Origin: Mobula hypostoma
Lineage: Eukaryota
Assembly: GCF_963921235.1 (NCBI RefSeq)
Contig: NC_086109.1
Span: 8,620,001 to 8,684,000 of the forward strand
Length of the DNA stretch: 64,000 nt
Direction: 5' to 3'
The notes beneath the pieces were generated by a model, which worked only from the letters and a program-made list of their open reading frames with translations, ran no database searches and was not told the DNA's origin. Below, in pieces: positions 24,501 through 39,500 of this stretch. Made by a program: the position numbers and the translations under genes. Position 1 is the stretch's first letter. Every line of letters starts with the position of its first letter.

Positions 24501-27500
24501 GTAGGTATTGTGATTGTTTTTGGTGTTGCTGTAGTTATTGAAATTGATTTTACTGTTGCTGTAGATATTGTGATTGTTTTAGTGCTGGGTAGGTATTAGA
24601 TTTGTTTTTAGTGTTGTTGTAGGTATTGTGATTGCTTTAGTGTTGCAGTCAGTATTTAGATTGTTTTTAGTGTTGCTGTAGGTATTCTGATTGTTTTTAG
24701 TGTTGCTGGGGGTATTGAGATTGTTTGTAGTGTTGCTGTAGGTTTTGAGATTGTTTTAGTGTTGCTGTAGGTATTGTGATTGTTTTTAGTGTTGCTGGGG
24801 GTATTCAGATTGTTTTCAGTGTTGCTGTAGGTTTTGAGATTGTTTTACTGTTGCTGTAGGTATTGTGATTATTTTAGTGTTGCTGCATGTATTGTGATTG
24901 TTTTTAGTGTTGCTGTATTTTGTAATTGTTTCAGTGTTGCTCTACGTGTTGTGATTGTTTTATTGCTGTAGGTATTGAGATTATTTTATTGTTGCTGTAA
25001 GTATTGATATTGTTTTAGTGTTGCTATAGATATTGTGATTGTTTTAGTCTTGCTCTACGTATTGTGATTGTTTTATTGCTGTATGTATTGTGATTGTTTT
25101 AGTGTTGCTGTAGGTATTGTGATTGTTGCACTATTGTTGTTGGTATTGTGATTGTTTTAGTGTTGCTATAGGTACTGAGATTGTTTCTGGTGTTGTTGTA
25201 GGTTTTGTGATTGTTTTAGTGTTGCTGCATGTATTGAGATTGGTTTTAATATCGCTGTAGGTATTGTGATTGTTTTAATGTTGCTGTAGGTATTGTGATT
25301 ATTTTTAGTGTTGCTGTAGATATTGAGATTGTTTTAGTGTTGCTGTAGGTATTGAGATTGTTTTTAGTGTTGCTGTAGGTATTGTGATTATTTTAGTGTT
25401 GCTGTATGTATTGTGATTGTTTTCAGTGTTGCTGTATTTTGTGATTGTTTTAGTCTTGCTCTACGTATTGTGATTGTTTTATTGCTGTATGTATTGTGAT
25501 TGTTTCAGTGTTGCTATAGGTACTGAGATCATTTCTGGTGTTGTTGTAGGTATTGTGATTGTTTTTAGTGTTGCTGCAGTTATTAGAGATTGTTTTTAGT
25601 GTTGTTGTAGGTATTGTGATTATTTTAGTGTTGTTGTAGGTATTGTGATTGTTTTAGTGTTGCTGCAGGTATTGAGATTGGTTTTAATATCGCTGTAGGT
25701 ATTGTGATTGTTTTAATGTTGCTGTAGGTATTGTGATTGTTTTTGGTGTTGCTGTAGTTATTGAAATTGATTTTACTGTTGCTGTAGATATTGTGATTGT
25801 TTTAGTGCTGGGTAGGTATTAGATTTGTTTTTAGTGTTGTTGTAGGTATTGTGATTGCTTTAGTGTTGCAGTCGGTATTTAGATTCTTTTTAGTGTTGCT
25901 GTAGGTATTCTGATTGTTTTTAGTGTTGCTGGGGGTATTGAGATTGTTTTTAGTGTTGCTGTAGGTTTTGAGATTGTTTTAGTGTTGCTGTAAGTATTGA
26001 TATTGTTTCAGCGTTGCTGTAGATTTTGTGATTGTTTTAGTCTTGCTCTGCGTATTGTGATTGTTTTATTGCTGTATGTATTGTGATTGTTTTAGTGTTG
26101 CCATAGGTACTGAGATTGTTTCTGGTGTTGTTGTAGGTATTGTGATTGTTTTTAGTGTTGCTGGAGTTATTAGAGATTGTTTTTAGTGTTGTTGTAGGTA
26201 TTGTGATTATTTTAGTGTTGCTGTCGGTGTTCTGATTGTTTTAGTGTTGTTGTAGGTATTGTGATTGTTTTAGTGTTGCTGCATGTATTGAGATTGGTTT
26301 TAATATCGCTGTAGGTATTGTGATTGTTTTAATGTTGCTGTAGGTATTGTGATTGTTTTTGGTGTTGCTGTAGTTATTGAAATTGATTTTACTGTTGCTG
26401 TAGATATTGTGATTGTTTTAGCGCTGGGTAGGTATTAGATTTGTTTTTAGTGTTGTTGTAGGTATTGTGATTATTTTAGTGTTGCTGTCGGTGTTCAGAT
26501 TGTTTTAATGTTGCTGTAGGTATTGTGATTGTTTTTAGTGTTGCTGCAGGTATTGTGATTGTTTTAGTGTTGCTGTAGTTATTGAGATTGATTTTACTGT
26601 TGCTGTAGCTATTGTGATTGTTTTAGTGTTGCTGTAGGTATTGTGATAGTTTCGGTGTTGCTCTACTTTTTGTGATTGTTTCATTGCAGTATGTATTGAG
26701 ATTATTTTAGTTTTGCTGTAGGTATTGTGATTGTTTTTAGTGTTGCTGGGGGTATTGAGATTGTTTTTAGTGTTGATGTAGGTATTGTGATTATTTTAGT
26801 GTTGCTGTAGCTATTGAGATTGTTTTTAGTGTTGCTGTAGGTATTGTGATTATTTTAGTGTTGCTGTATGTATTGTGATTGTTTTTAGTGTTGCTGTATT
26901 TTGTGATTGTTTCAGTGTTGCTTTACGTTGTGTGATTGTTTTATTGCTGTAGGTATTGAGATTATTTTATTGTTGCTGTAGGTATTGTGATTGTTTTAGT
27001 GTTGCTGTAAGTATTGAGATTGTTTTGGTGTTGCTGTAGGTATTGTGATTTTGTTTTATTGCTGTAGGTATTGAGATTCTTTTACTGTTGCTGTAGGTAT
27101 TGAGATTGTTTTTACTGTTGCTGTAGGTATTGTGATTATTTTTAGTGTTGCTGTAGTCATTGAGATTGATTTTACTGTTGCTGTAGCTATTGTGATTGTT
27201 TTAGTGTTGCTGTAGGTATTGTGATTGTTTCGGTGTTGCTCTACTTGTTGTGATTGTTTCATTGCTGTATGTATTGAGATTATGTTAGTTTTGCTGTAGG
27301 TATTGTGATTGTTTTTGGTGTTGCTGGGGGTATTGAGATTGTTTTTAGTGTTGCTGTAGGTATTGTGATTATTTTAGTGTTGCTGTATGTATTGTGATTG
27401 TTTTTAGTGTTGCTGTATTTTGTGATTGTTTCAGTATTGCTTTACGTGTTGTGATTGTTTTATTGCTGTAGGTATTGAGATTATTTTGTTGTTGCTGTAG

Positions 27501-30500
27501 GTATTGTGATTATTTTAGTGTTGCTGTAGCTATTGAGATTGTTTTTAGTGTTGCTGTAGGTATTGTGATTATTTTAGTGTTGCTGTATGTATTGTGATTG
27601 TTTTCTGTGTTGCTGTATTTTATGATTGTTTTAGTCTTGCTCTACGTATTGTGATTGTTTTATTGCTGTATGTATTGTGATTGTTTCAGTGTTGCTATAG
27701 GTACTGAGATTGTTTCTGGTGTTGTAGGTATTGTGATTGTTTTTTGTGTTGCTGCAGTTATTAGAGATTGTTTTTAGTGTTGTTGTAGGTATTGTGATTA
27801 TTTTAGTGTTGTTGTAGGTATTGTGATTGTTTTAGTGTTGCTGCAGGTATTGAGATTGGTTTTAATATCGCTGTAGGTATTGTGATTGTTTTAATGTTGC
27901 TGTAGGTATTGTGATTGTTTTTGGTGTTGCTGTAGTTATTGAAATTGATTTTACTGTTGCTGTAGATATTGTGATTGTTTTAGTGCTGGGTAGGTATTAG
28001 ATTTGTTTTTAGTGTTGTTGAAGGTATTGTGATTGCTTTAGTGTTGCAGTCAGTATTTAGATTGTTTTTAGTGTTGCTGTAGGTATTCTGATTGTTTTTA
28101 GTGTTGCTGGGGGTATTGAGATTGTTTGTAGTGTTGCTGTAGGTTTTGAGATTGTTTTAGTGTTGCTGTAGGTATTGTGATTGTTTTTAGTGTTGCTGGG
28201 GGTATTCAGATTGTTTTCAGTGTTGCTGTAGGTTTTGAGATTGTTTTACTGTTGCTGTAGGTATTGTGATTGTTTTTGGTGTTGCTGTAGTTATTGAAAT
28301 TGATTTTACTGTTGCTGTAGATATTGTGATTGTTTTAGTGCTGGGTAGGTATTAGATTTGTTTTTAGTGTTGTTGTAGGTATTGTGATTGCTTTAGTGTT
28401 GCAGTCAGTATTTAGATTGTTTTTAGTGTTGCTGTAGGTATTCTGATTGTTTTTAGTGTTGCTGGGGGTATTGAGATTGTTTGTAGTGTTGCTGTAGGTT
28501 TTGAGATTGTTTTAGTGTTGCTGTAGGTATTGTGATTGTTTTTAGTGTTGCTGGGGGTATTCAGATTGTTTTCAGTGTTGCTGTAGGTTTTGAGATTGTT
28601 TTACTGTTGCTGTAGGTATTGTGATTATTTTAGTGTTGCTGCATGTATTGTGATTGTTTTTAGTGTTGCTGTATTTTGTAATTGTTTCAGTGTTGCTCTA
28701 CGTGTTGTGATTGTTTTATTGCTGTAGGTATTGAGATTATTTTATTGTTGCTGTAAGTATTGATATTGTTTTAGTGTTGCTATTGATATTGTGATTGTTT
28801 TAGTCTTGCTCTACGTATTGTGATTGTTTTATTGCTGTATGTATTGTGATTGTTTTAGTGTTGCTGTAGGTATTGTGATTGTTGCACTATTGCTGTTGGT
28901 ATTGTGATTGTTTTAGTGTTGCTATAGGTACTGAGATTGTTTCTGGTGTTGTTGTAGGTTTTGTGATTGTTTTAGTGTTGCTGCATGTATTGAGATTGGT
29001 TTTAATATCGCTGTAGGTATTGTGATTGTTTTAATGTTGCTGTAGGTATTGTGATTATTTTTAGTGTTGCTGTAGATATTGAGATTGTTTTAGTGTTGCT
29101 GTAGGTATTGAGATTGTTTTTAGTGTTGCTGTAGGTATTGTGATTATTTTAGTGTTGCTGTATGTATTGTGATTGTTTTCAGTGTTGCTGTATTTTGTGA
29201 TTGTTTTAGTCTTGCTCTACGTATTGTGATTGTTTTATTGCTGTATGTATTGTGATTGTTTCAGTGTTGCTATAGGTACTGAGATCATTTCTGGTGTTGT
29301 TGTAGGTATTGTGATTGTTTTTAGTGTTGCTGCAGTTATTAGAGATTGTTTTCAGTGTTGTTGTAGGTATTGTGATTATTTTAGTGTTGTTGTAGGTATT
29401 GTGATTGTTTTAGTGTTGCTGCAGGTATTGAGATTGGTTTTAATATCGCTGTAGGTATTGTGATTGTTTTAATGTTGCTGTAGGTATTGTGATTGTTTTT
29501 GGTGTTGCTGTAGTTATTGAAATTGATTTTACTGTTGCTGTAGATATTGTGATTGTTTTAGTGCTGGGTAGGTATTAGATTTGTTTTTAGTGTTGTTGTA
29601 GGTATTGTGATTGCTTTAGTGTTGCAGTCGGTATTTAGATTCTTTTTAGTGTTGCTGTAGGTATTCTGATTGTTTTTAGTGTTGCTGGGGGTATTGAGAT
29701 TGTTTTTAGTGTTGCTGTAGGTTTTGAGATTGTTTTAGTGTTGCTGTAAGTATTGATATTGTTTCAGCGTTGCTGTAGATTTTGTGATTGTTTTAGTCTT
29801 GCTCTACGTATTGTGATTGTTTTATTGCTGTATGTATTGTGATTGTTTTAGTGTTGCCATAGGTACTGAGATTGTTTCTGGTGTTGTTGTAGGTATTGTG
29901 ATTGTTTTTAGTGTTGCTGGAGTTATTAGAGATTGTTTTTAGTGTTGTTGTAGGTATTGTGATTATTTTAGTGTTGCTGTCGGTGTTCTGATTGTTTTAG
30001 TGTTGTTGTAGGTATTGTGATTGTTTTAGTGTTGCTGCATGTATTGAGATTGGTTTTAATATCGCTGTAGGTATTGTGATTGTTTTAATGTTGCTGTAGG
30101 TATTGTGATTGTTTTTGGTGTTGCTGTAGTTATTGAAATTGATTTTACTGTTGCTGTAGATATTGTGATTGTTTTAGCGCTGGGTAGGTATTAGATTTGT
30201 TTTTAGTGTTGTTGTAGGTATTGTGATTATTTTAGTGTTGCTGTCGGTGTTCAGATTGTTTTAATGTTGCTGTAGGTATTGTGATTGTTTTTAGTGTTGC
30301 TATAGTTATTGAGATTGATTTTACTGTTGCTGTAGATATTGTGATTGTTTTAGTGCTGGGTAGGTATTAGGTTTGTTTTTAGTGTTGCTGTAGGTATTGT
30401 GATTGTTGTAGTGTTGCTGTACGTACTGTGATTGTTTTAGTGTTGCTGTAGGTATTGAGATTGTTATAACTTTTTCTGTAGGTATTGTGATTGTTTTTGC

Positions 30501-33500
30501 TGTTGCTGCATGTATCGAGATTGTTTTTAGTATTGCTGTAGATATTGCGATTGTTTTCCTGTTGGGGTCGGTATTGAGATTGTTTTTCGTGTTGTTTAGG
30601 TATTGAGAATGTTTTAGTGTTGCTGTAGGTATTGTGATTATTTTTAGTGTTGCTGTAGGTATTGTGATTGTTGGTAGTATTGCTGTATGTAATGTGTTTG
30701 GTTATAGTGTTGCTGTAGGTATTATGATTGTTTTTGCTGTCGGTATTGAGATTCTTTTACTGTTGCTGTAGGTATTGAGATTCTTTGTCGTGTTGCTGCA
30801 GGTATTGTGATTGTTTTAGTGTTGGGGTAGGTACTGAGATTGTTTTTAGTGTTGCTATAGGTATTGTCATTATTTTTACTGTTGCTGTTGCTGCTGTGAT
30901 TGTTTTAATGTTGCTATAGTTATCGAGATTGCTTTTACTCTTTCTGTATGTATTGAGATTCTTTTACTGTTGCAGTAGGTATTGAGATTGTGTTTAGTGT
31001 TGCTGCAGGTATTGGGATTGTTTCAGTGTTGCTGTAGTTATTGACATTGATATTACTGTTACTGTAGATATTGTGATTGTTTCAGTGCTGGGTAGGTATT
31101 AGGTTTGTTTTTAGTGTTGTTGTAGGTATTGTGATTGCTTTAGTGTTGCAGTCGGTGTTTAGATTGTTTTTAGTGTTGCTGTAGGTATTCTGATTGTTTT
31201 TAGTGTTGCTGGGTGTATTGAGATTGTTTTTAGTGTTGCTGTAGGTATTCTGATTGTTTTTAGTGTTGCTGGGGGTATTGAGATTGTTTTTAGTGTTGCT
31301 GTAGGTTTTGAGATTGTTTTTAGTGTTGATGTAGGTATTGTGATTATTTTAGTGTTGCTGTCAGTGTTCTGATTCTTTTAATGTTGCTGTAGGTATTGTG
31401 ATTGTTTTTAGTGTTGCTGGGTGTATTGAGATTGTTTTTAGTGTTGCTGTAGGTTTTGAGATTGTTTTTAGTGTTGCTGGGGGTATTGAGATTGTTTTTA
31501 GTGTTGCTGCAGGTATTGAGATTGTTTTAGTGTTGCTGTAGGTATTGTGATTGTTTTATTGCTGTAGCTATTGAGATTGTTTTTAGTGTTGCTGTAGGTA
31601 TTGTGATTATTTTAGTGTTGCTGTATGTATTGTGATTGTTTTTAGTGTTGCTGTATTTTGTGATTGTTTCAGTGTTGATTTACGTGTTGTGATTGTTTTA
31701 TTGCTGTAGGTATTGAGATTATTTTATTGTTGCTGTAGGTATTGAGATTATTTTCATGTTGCTGTAAGTATTGATATTGTTTCAGTGTTGCTGTAGATAT
31801 TGTGATTGTTTTAGTCTTGCTCTACATATTGTGATTGTTTTATTGCTGTATGTATTGTGATTGTTTTAGTGTTGCTGTAGGTATTGCGATTGTTGCAGTA
31901 TTGCTGTTGGTATTGTGATTGTTTTACTGTTGCTATAGGTACTGAGATTGTTTCTGGTGTTGTAGGTATTGTGATTGTTTTTAGTGTTGCTGGAGTTATT
32001 AGAGATTGTTTTGATGTTGCTGTAGGTATTGTGATTGTTTTAGTGTTGCTGTAGTTATTGTGATTGTTTTAGTGTTGCTGTAAGTATTGAGATTGTTTTA
32101 GTGTTGCTGTAGGTATTGTGATTGTTTTATTGCTGTAGGTATTGAGATTCTTTTACTGTTGTTGTAGGTATTGAGATTGTTTTTAGTGTTGCTGCAGGTA
32201 TTGTGATTGTTTTAGTGTTGCTGTAGTTATTGAGATTGATTTTACTGTTGCTGTAGCTATTGTGATTGTTTTAGTGTTGCTGTAGGTATTGTGATAGTTT
32301 CGGTGTTGCTCTACTTTTTGTGATTGTTTCATTGCAGTATGTATTGAGATTATTTTAGTTTTGCTGTAGGTATTGTGATTGTTTTTAGTGTTGCTGGGGG
32401 TATTGAGATTGTTTTTAGTGTTGATGTAGGTATTGTGATTATTTTAGTGTTGCTGTAGCTATTGAGATTGTTTTTAGTGTTGCTGTAGGTATTGTGATTA
32501 TTTTAGTGTTGCTGTATGTATTGTGATTGTTTTTAGTGTTGCTGTATTTTGTGATTGTTTCAGTGTTGCTTTACGTTGTGTGATTGTTTTATTGCTGTAG
32601 GTATTGAGATTATTTTATTGTTGCTGTAGGTATTGTGATTGTTTTAGTGTTGCTGTAAGTATTGAGATTGTTTTGGTGTTGCTGTAGGTATTGTGATTGT
32701 TTTATTGCTGTAGGTATTGAGATTCTTTTACTGTTGCTGTAGGTATTGAGATTGTTTTTACTGTTGCTGTAGGTATTGTGATTATTTTTAGTGTTGCTGT
32801 AGTCATTGAGATTGATTTTACTGTTGCTGTAGCTATTGTGATTGTTTTAGTGTTGCTGTAGGTATTGTGATTGTTTCGGTGTTGCTCTACTTGTTGTGAT
32901 TGTTTCATTGCTGTATGTATTGAGATTATGTTAGTTTTGCTGTAGGTATTGTGATTGTTTTTGGTGTTGCTGGGGGTATTGAGATTGTTTTTAGTGTTGC
33001 TGTAGGTATTGTGATTATTTTAGTGTTGCTGTATGTATTGTGATTGTTTTCTGTGTTGCTGTATTTTATGATTGTTTTAGTCTTGCTCTACGTATTGTGA
33101 TTGTTTTATTGCTGTATGTATTGTGATTGTTTCAGTGTTGCTATAGGTACTGAGATTGTTTCTGGTGTTGTAGGTATTGTGATTGTTTTTTGTGTTGCTG
33201 CAGTTATTAGAGATTGTTTTTAGTGTTGTTGTAGGTATTGTGATTATTTTAGTGTTGTTGTAGGTATTGTGATTGTTTTAGTGTTGCTGCAGGTATTGAG
33301 ATTGGTTTTAATATCGCTGTAGGTATTGTGATTGTTTTAATGTTGCTGTAGGTATTGTGATTGTTTTTGGTGTTGCTGTAGTTATTGAAATTGATTTTAC
33401 TGTTGCTGTAGATATTGTGATTGTTTTAGTGCTGGGTAGGTATTAGATTTGTTTTTAGTGTTGTTGTAGGTATTGTGATTGCTTTAGTGTTGCAGTCAGT

Positions 33501-36500
33501 ATTTAGATTGTTTTTAGTGTTGCTGTAGGTATTCTGATTGTTTTTAGTGTTGCTGGGGGTATTGAGATTGTTTGTAGTGTTGCTGTAGGTTTTGAGATTG
33601 TTTTAGTGTTGCTGTAGGTATTGTGATTGTTTTTAGTGTTGCTGGGGGTATTCAGATTGTTTTCAGTGTTGCTGTAGGTTTTGAGATTGTTTTACTGTTG
33701 CTGTAGGTATTGTGATTGTTTTTGGTGTTGCTGTAGTTATTGAAATTGATTTTACTGTTGCTGTAGATATTGTGATTGTTTTAGTGCTGGGTAGGTATTA
33801 GATTTGTTTTTAGTGTTGTTGTAGGTATTGTGATTGCTTTAGTGTTGCAGTCAGTATTTAGATTGTTTTTAGTGTTGCTGTAGGTATTCTGATTGTTTTT
33901 AGTGTTGCTGGGGGTATTGAGATTGTTTGTAGTGTTGCTGTAGGTTTTGAGATTGTTTTAGTGTTGCTGTAGGTATTGTGATTGTTTTTAGTGTTGCTGG
34001 GGGTATTCAGATTGTTTTCAGTGTTGCTGTAGGTTTTGAGATTGTTTTACTGTTGCTGTAGGTATTGTGATTATTTTAGTGTTGCTGCATGTATTGTGAT
34101 TGTTTTTAGTGTTGCTGTATTTTGTAATTGTTTCAGTGTTGCTCTACGTGTTGTGATTGTTTTATTGCTGTAGGTATTGAGATTATTTTATTGTTGCTGT
34201 AAGTATTGATATTGTTTTAGTGTTGCTATAGATATTGTGATTGTTTTAGTCTTGCTCTACGTATTGTGATTGTTTTATTGCTGTATGTATTGTGATTGTT
34301 TTAGTGTTGCTGTAGGTATTGTGATTGTTGCACTATTGCTGTTGGTATTGTGATTGTTTTAGTGTTGCTATAGGTACTGAGATTGTTTCTGGTGTTGTTG
34401 TAGGTTTTGTGATTGTTTTAGTGTTGCTGCATGTATTGAGATTGGTTTTAATATCGCTGTAGGTATTGTGATTGTTTTAATGTTGCTGTAGGTATTGTGA
34501 TTATTTTTAGTGTTGCTGTAGATATTGAGATTGTTTTAGTGTTGCTGTAGGTATTGAGATTGTTTTTAGTGTTGCTGTAGGTATTGTGATTATTTTAGTG
34601 TTGCTGTATGTATTGTGATTGTTTTCAGTGTTGCTGTATTTTGTGATTGTTTTACTCTTGCTCTACGTATTGTGATTGTTTTATTGCTGTATGTATTGTG
34701 ATTGTTTCAGTGTTGCTATAGGTACTGAGATCATTTCTGGTGTTGTTGTAGGTATTGTGATTGTTTTTAGTGTTGCTGCAGTTATTAGAGATTGTTTTTA
34801 GTGTTGTTGTAGGTATTGTGATTATTTTAGTGTTGTTGTAGGTATTGTGATTGTTTTAGTGTTGCTGCAGGTATTGAGATTGGTTTTAATATCGCTGTAG
34901 GTATTGTGATTGTTTTAATGTTGCTGTAGGTATTGTGATTGTTTTTGGTGTTGCTGTAGTTATTGAAATTGATTTTACTGTTGCTGTAGATATTGTGATT
35001 GTTTTAGTGCTGGGTAGGTATTAGATTTGTTTTTAGTGTTGTTGTAGGTATTGTGATTGCTTTAGTGTTGCAGTCGGTATTTAGATTCTTTTTAGTGTTG
35101 CTGTAGGTATTCTGATTGTTTTTAGTGTTGCTGGGGGTATTGAGATTGTTTTTAGTGTTGCTGTAGGTTTTGAGATTGTTTTAGTGTTGCTGTAGGTATT
35201 GTGATTGTTTTTAGTGTTGCTGGGGGTATTCAGATTGTTTTTAGTGTTGCTGTAGGTTTTGAGATTGTTTTACTGTTGCTGTAGGTATTGTGATTATTTT
35301 AGTGTTGCTGCATGTATTGTGATTGTTTTTAGTGTTGCTGTATTTTGTAATTGTTTCAGTGTTGCTCTACGTGTTGTGATTGTTTTATTGCTGTAGGTAT
35401 TGAGATTATTTTATTGTTGCTGTATGTATTGATATTGTTTTAGTGTTGCTATAGATATTGTGATTGTTTTAGTCTTGCTCTACGTATTGTGATTGTTTTA
35501 TTGCTGTATGTATTGTGATTGTTTTAGTGTTGCTGTAGGTATTGTGATTGTTGCACTATTGCTGTTGGTATTGTGATTGTTTTAGTGTTGCTATAGGTAC
35601 TGAGATTGTTTCTGGTGTTGTTGTAGGTTTTGTGATTGTTTTAGTGTTGCTGCATGTATTGAGATTGGTTTTAATATCGCTGTAGGTATTGTGATTGTTT
35701 TAATGTTGCTGTAGGTATTGTGATTATTTTTAGTGTTGCTGTACGTATTGAGATTGTTTTAGTGTTGCTGTAGGTATTGAGATTGTTTTTAGTGTTGCTG
35801 TAGGTATTGTGATTGTTTCAGTGTTGCTCTATGTGTTGTGATTGTTTTATTGCTGTAGGTATTGAGATTATTTTTGTGTTGCTGTAGGTATTGTAATTGT
35901 TTTTAGTGTTGCTGGGGGTATTGAGATTGTTTTTAGTGTTGCTGTAGGTTTTGAGATTGTTTTAGTGTTGCTGTAGGTATTGTGACTGTTTTAGTGTTGC
36001 TGTAGGTACTGAGATTGTTTTTAGTATTGTTATAGGTATTGTGATTGTTTCAGTTTTGCTGCAGGTATTGAGATTGCTTTTAATTTAGCTGTATGTATTC
36101 TGATTTTTTAGTGTTGCTGTAGGTATTGAGATTGTTTCTGGTGTTGTTGTAGGTATTGTGATTGTTTTTAGTGTTGCTGTAGTTATTGAGATTTTTTTAG
36201 TGTTGCTGTAGGTATTGTAATTATTTTAGTGTTGCTGTAGGTATTCTGATTGCTTTAGTGTTGTTGTAGGTATTGTGATTGTTTTAGTGTTGCTGTAGGT
36301 ATTGTGATTGCTTTTAGTGTTGCTGTAGGTATTGAGATTCTTTTTAGTATTGCTGCAGGTATTGTGATTGTTTTGATGTTGCTGTAGGTATTGTGATTGT
36401 TTTAGTGTTGCTGTAGTTATCGTGATTGCTTTAGTATTGCTTTAGTTATTGAGATTGTTTTAGTGTTGCTGTAGGTATTGAGTTTGTTTCAGTGTTGTTG

Positions 36501-39500
36501 TAGGTATTGTGATTATTTTTAGTGTTGCTGTATGTATTGTGATTGTTTTTAGTGTTGCTGTATTTTGTGATTGTTTCAGCATTGCTCTACGTATTGTGAT
36601 TGTTTTATTGCTGTAGGTATTGAGATTGTTTTATTGTTGCTGTAGGTATGGTGATTGTTTTAGTGTTGTGTAAGTATTGAGATTGGTTTAGTGTTGCTGT
36701 AGGTATTGTGATTGTTTTATTGCTGTAGGTATTGAGATTGTTTTATTGTTGCTGTAGGTATTGTGATTGTTTTAGTGTTGCTGTAAGTATTGAGATTGTT
36801 TTGGTGTTGCTGTAGGTATTGTAATTGTTTTATTGCTGTAGGTATTGAGATTCTTTTACTGTTGTTGTAGGTATTGAGATTATTTTTAGTGTTGCTGCAG
36901 GTATTGTGATTGTTTTAGTGTTGCTGTAGTCATTGAGATTGATTTTACTGTTGCTGTAGCTATTGTGATTGTTTTAGTATTGCTGTAGGTATTGTGATTG
37001 TTTTGGTGTTGCTCTACTTGTTCTGATTGTTTCATTGCTGTATGTATTGAGATTATTTTAGTTTTGCTGTAGGTATTGTGATTGTTTTTAGTGTTGCTGG
37101 GGGTATTGAGATTGTTTTTAGTGTTGATGTAGGTATTGTGATTATTTTAGTATTGCTGTAGCTATTGAGATTGTTTTTAGTGTTGCTGTAGGTATTGTGA
37201 TTGTTTTAATCTTGCTCTACGTATTGTGATTGTTTTATTGCTGTATGTATTGTGATTGTTTTAGTGTTGCTGTAGGTATTGTGATTGTTTCAGTGTTGCT
37301 CTACTTGTTGTGATTGTTTCATTGCTGTATGTATTGAGATTATTTTAGTTTTGCTGTAGGTATTGTGATTGTTTTTAGTGTTGCTGGGGGTATTGAGATT
37401 GTTTTTAGTGTTGATGTAGGTATTGTGATTATTTTAGTATTGCTGTAGCTATTGAGATTGTTTTTAGTGTTGCTGTAGGTATTGTGATTGTTTTAATCTT
37501 GCTCTACGTATTGTGATTGTTTTATTGCTGTATGTATTGTGATTGTTTTAGTGTTGCTGTAGGTATTGTGATTGTTGCAGTATTGCTGTTGGTATTGTGA
37601 TTGTTTCAGTGTTGCTATAGGTACTGAGATTGTTTCTGGTGTTGTTGTAGGTATTGTGATTGTTTTTAGTGTTGCTGTAGTTATTAGAGATTGTTTTTAG
37701 TGTTGTTGTAGATATTGTGATTGTTTTAGTGTTGCTGTAGGTATTGAGATTGTTTTTAGTGTTGCTGTAGGTATTGTGATTGTTTCAGTGTTGCTCTATG
37801 TGTTGTGATTGTTTTATTGCTGTAGGTATTGAGATTATTTTTGTGTTGCTGTAGGTATTGTGATTGTTTTTAGTGTTGCTGTAGTTATTAGAGATTGTTT
37901 TTAGTGTTGTTGTAGGTATTGTGATTATTTTAGTGTTGCTGTCGGTGCTCTGCTTGGTTTAGTGTTGTTGTAGGTATTGTGATTGTTTTAGTGTTGCTGC
38001 AGGTATTGAGATTGGTTTTAATATCGCTGTAGGTATTGTGACTGTTTTAATGTTGCTGTAGGTATTGTGATTGTTTTTGGTGTTGCTGTAGTTATTGAAA
38101 TTGATTTTACTGTTGCTGTAGATATTGTGATTGTTTTAGTGCTGGGTATGTATTAGATTTGTTTTTAGTGTTGTTGTAGGTATTGTGATTGCTTTAGTGT
38201 TGCAGTCGGTATTTAGATTGTTTTCAGTGTTGCTGTAGGTATTCTGATTGTTTTTAGTGTTGCTGTAGGTATTGTGATTGTTTTTCGTGTTGCTGTAGGT
38301 ATTGAGATTGGTTTTAATATCGCTGTAGGTATTGTGACTGTTTTAATGTTGCTGTAGGTATTGTGATTGTTTTTGGTGTTGCTGTAGTTATTGAAATTGA
38401 TTTTACTGTTGCTGTAGATATTGTGATTGTTTTAGTGCTGGGTATGTATTAGATTTGTTTTTAGTGTTGTTGTAGGTATTGTGATTGCTTTAGTGTTGCA
38501 GTTGGTATTTAGATTGTTTTCAGTGTTGCTGTAGGTATTCTGATTGTTTTGATGTTGCTGTAGGTATTGTGATTGTTTTAGTGTTGCTGTAGTTATTGTG
38601 ATTGCTTTAGTATTGCTTTAGTTATTGAGATTGTTTTAGTGTTGCTGTAGGTATTGAGTTTGTTTCAGTGTTGTAGGTATTATGATTATTTTTAGTGTTG
38701 CTGTATTTTGTGATTGTTTCAGCATTGCTCTACGTATTGTGATTGTTTTATTGCTGTAGGTATTGAGATTGTTTTATTGTTGCTGTAGGTATTGTGATTG
38801 TTTTAGTGTTGCTGTAAGTATTGAGATTGTTTTAGTGTTGCTGTAGGTATTGTGATTGTTTTATTGCTGTAGGTATTGAGATTCTTTTACTGTTGTTGTA
38901 GGTATTGAGATTGTTTTTTGTGTTGCTGCAGGTATTGTGATTGTTTTAGTGTTGCTGTAGGTATTGTGATTGTTTCGGTGTTGCTCTACTTGTTGTGATT
39001 GTTTCATTGCTGTATGTATTGAGATTATTTTAGTTTTGCTGTAGGTATTGTGATTGTTTTTCGTGTTGCTGTAGGTATTGAGATTGTTTTTAGTGTTGAT
39101 GTAGGTATTGTGATTATTTTAGTGTTGCTGTAGCTATTGAGATTGTTTTTAGTGTTGCTGTAGGCATTGTGATTATTTTAGTGTTGCTGTATGTATTGTG
39201 ATTGTTTTTAGTGTTGCTGTAGGTATTGTGATTGTTTTAATCTTGCTCTACGTATTGTGATTGTTTTATTGCTGTATGTATTGTGATTGTTTTAGTGTTG
39301 CTGTAGGTATTGTGATTGTTGCAGTATTGCTGTTGGTATTGTGATTGTTTCAGTGTTGCTATAGGTACTGAGATTGTTTCTGGTGTTGTTGTAGGTATTG
39401 TGATTGTTTTTAGTGTTGCTGTAGTTATTAGAGATTGTTTTTAGTGTTGTTGTAGGTATTGTGATTGTTTTAGTGTTGCTGCAGGTATTGAGATTGGTTT

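Noticed and set aside
23300..32908. Three identical 68-aa minus ORFs suggesting a gene family
   Set aside because: By-product of the HOR triplication; they drift through satellite frames with no gene structure.
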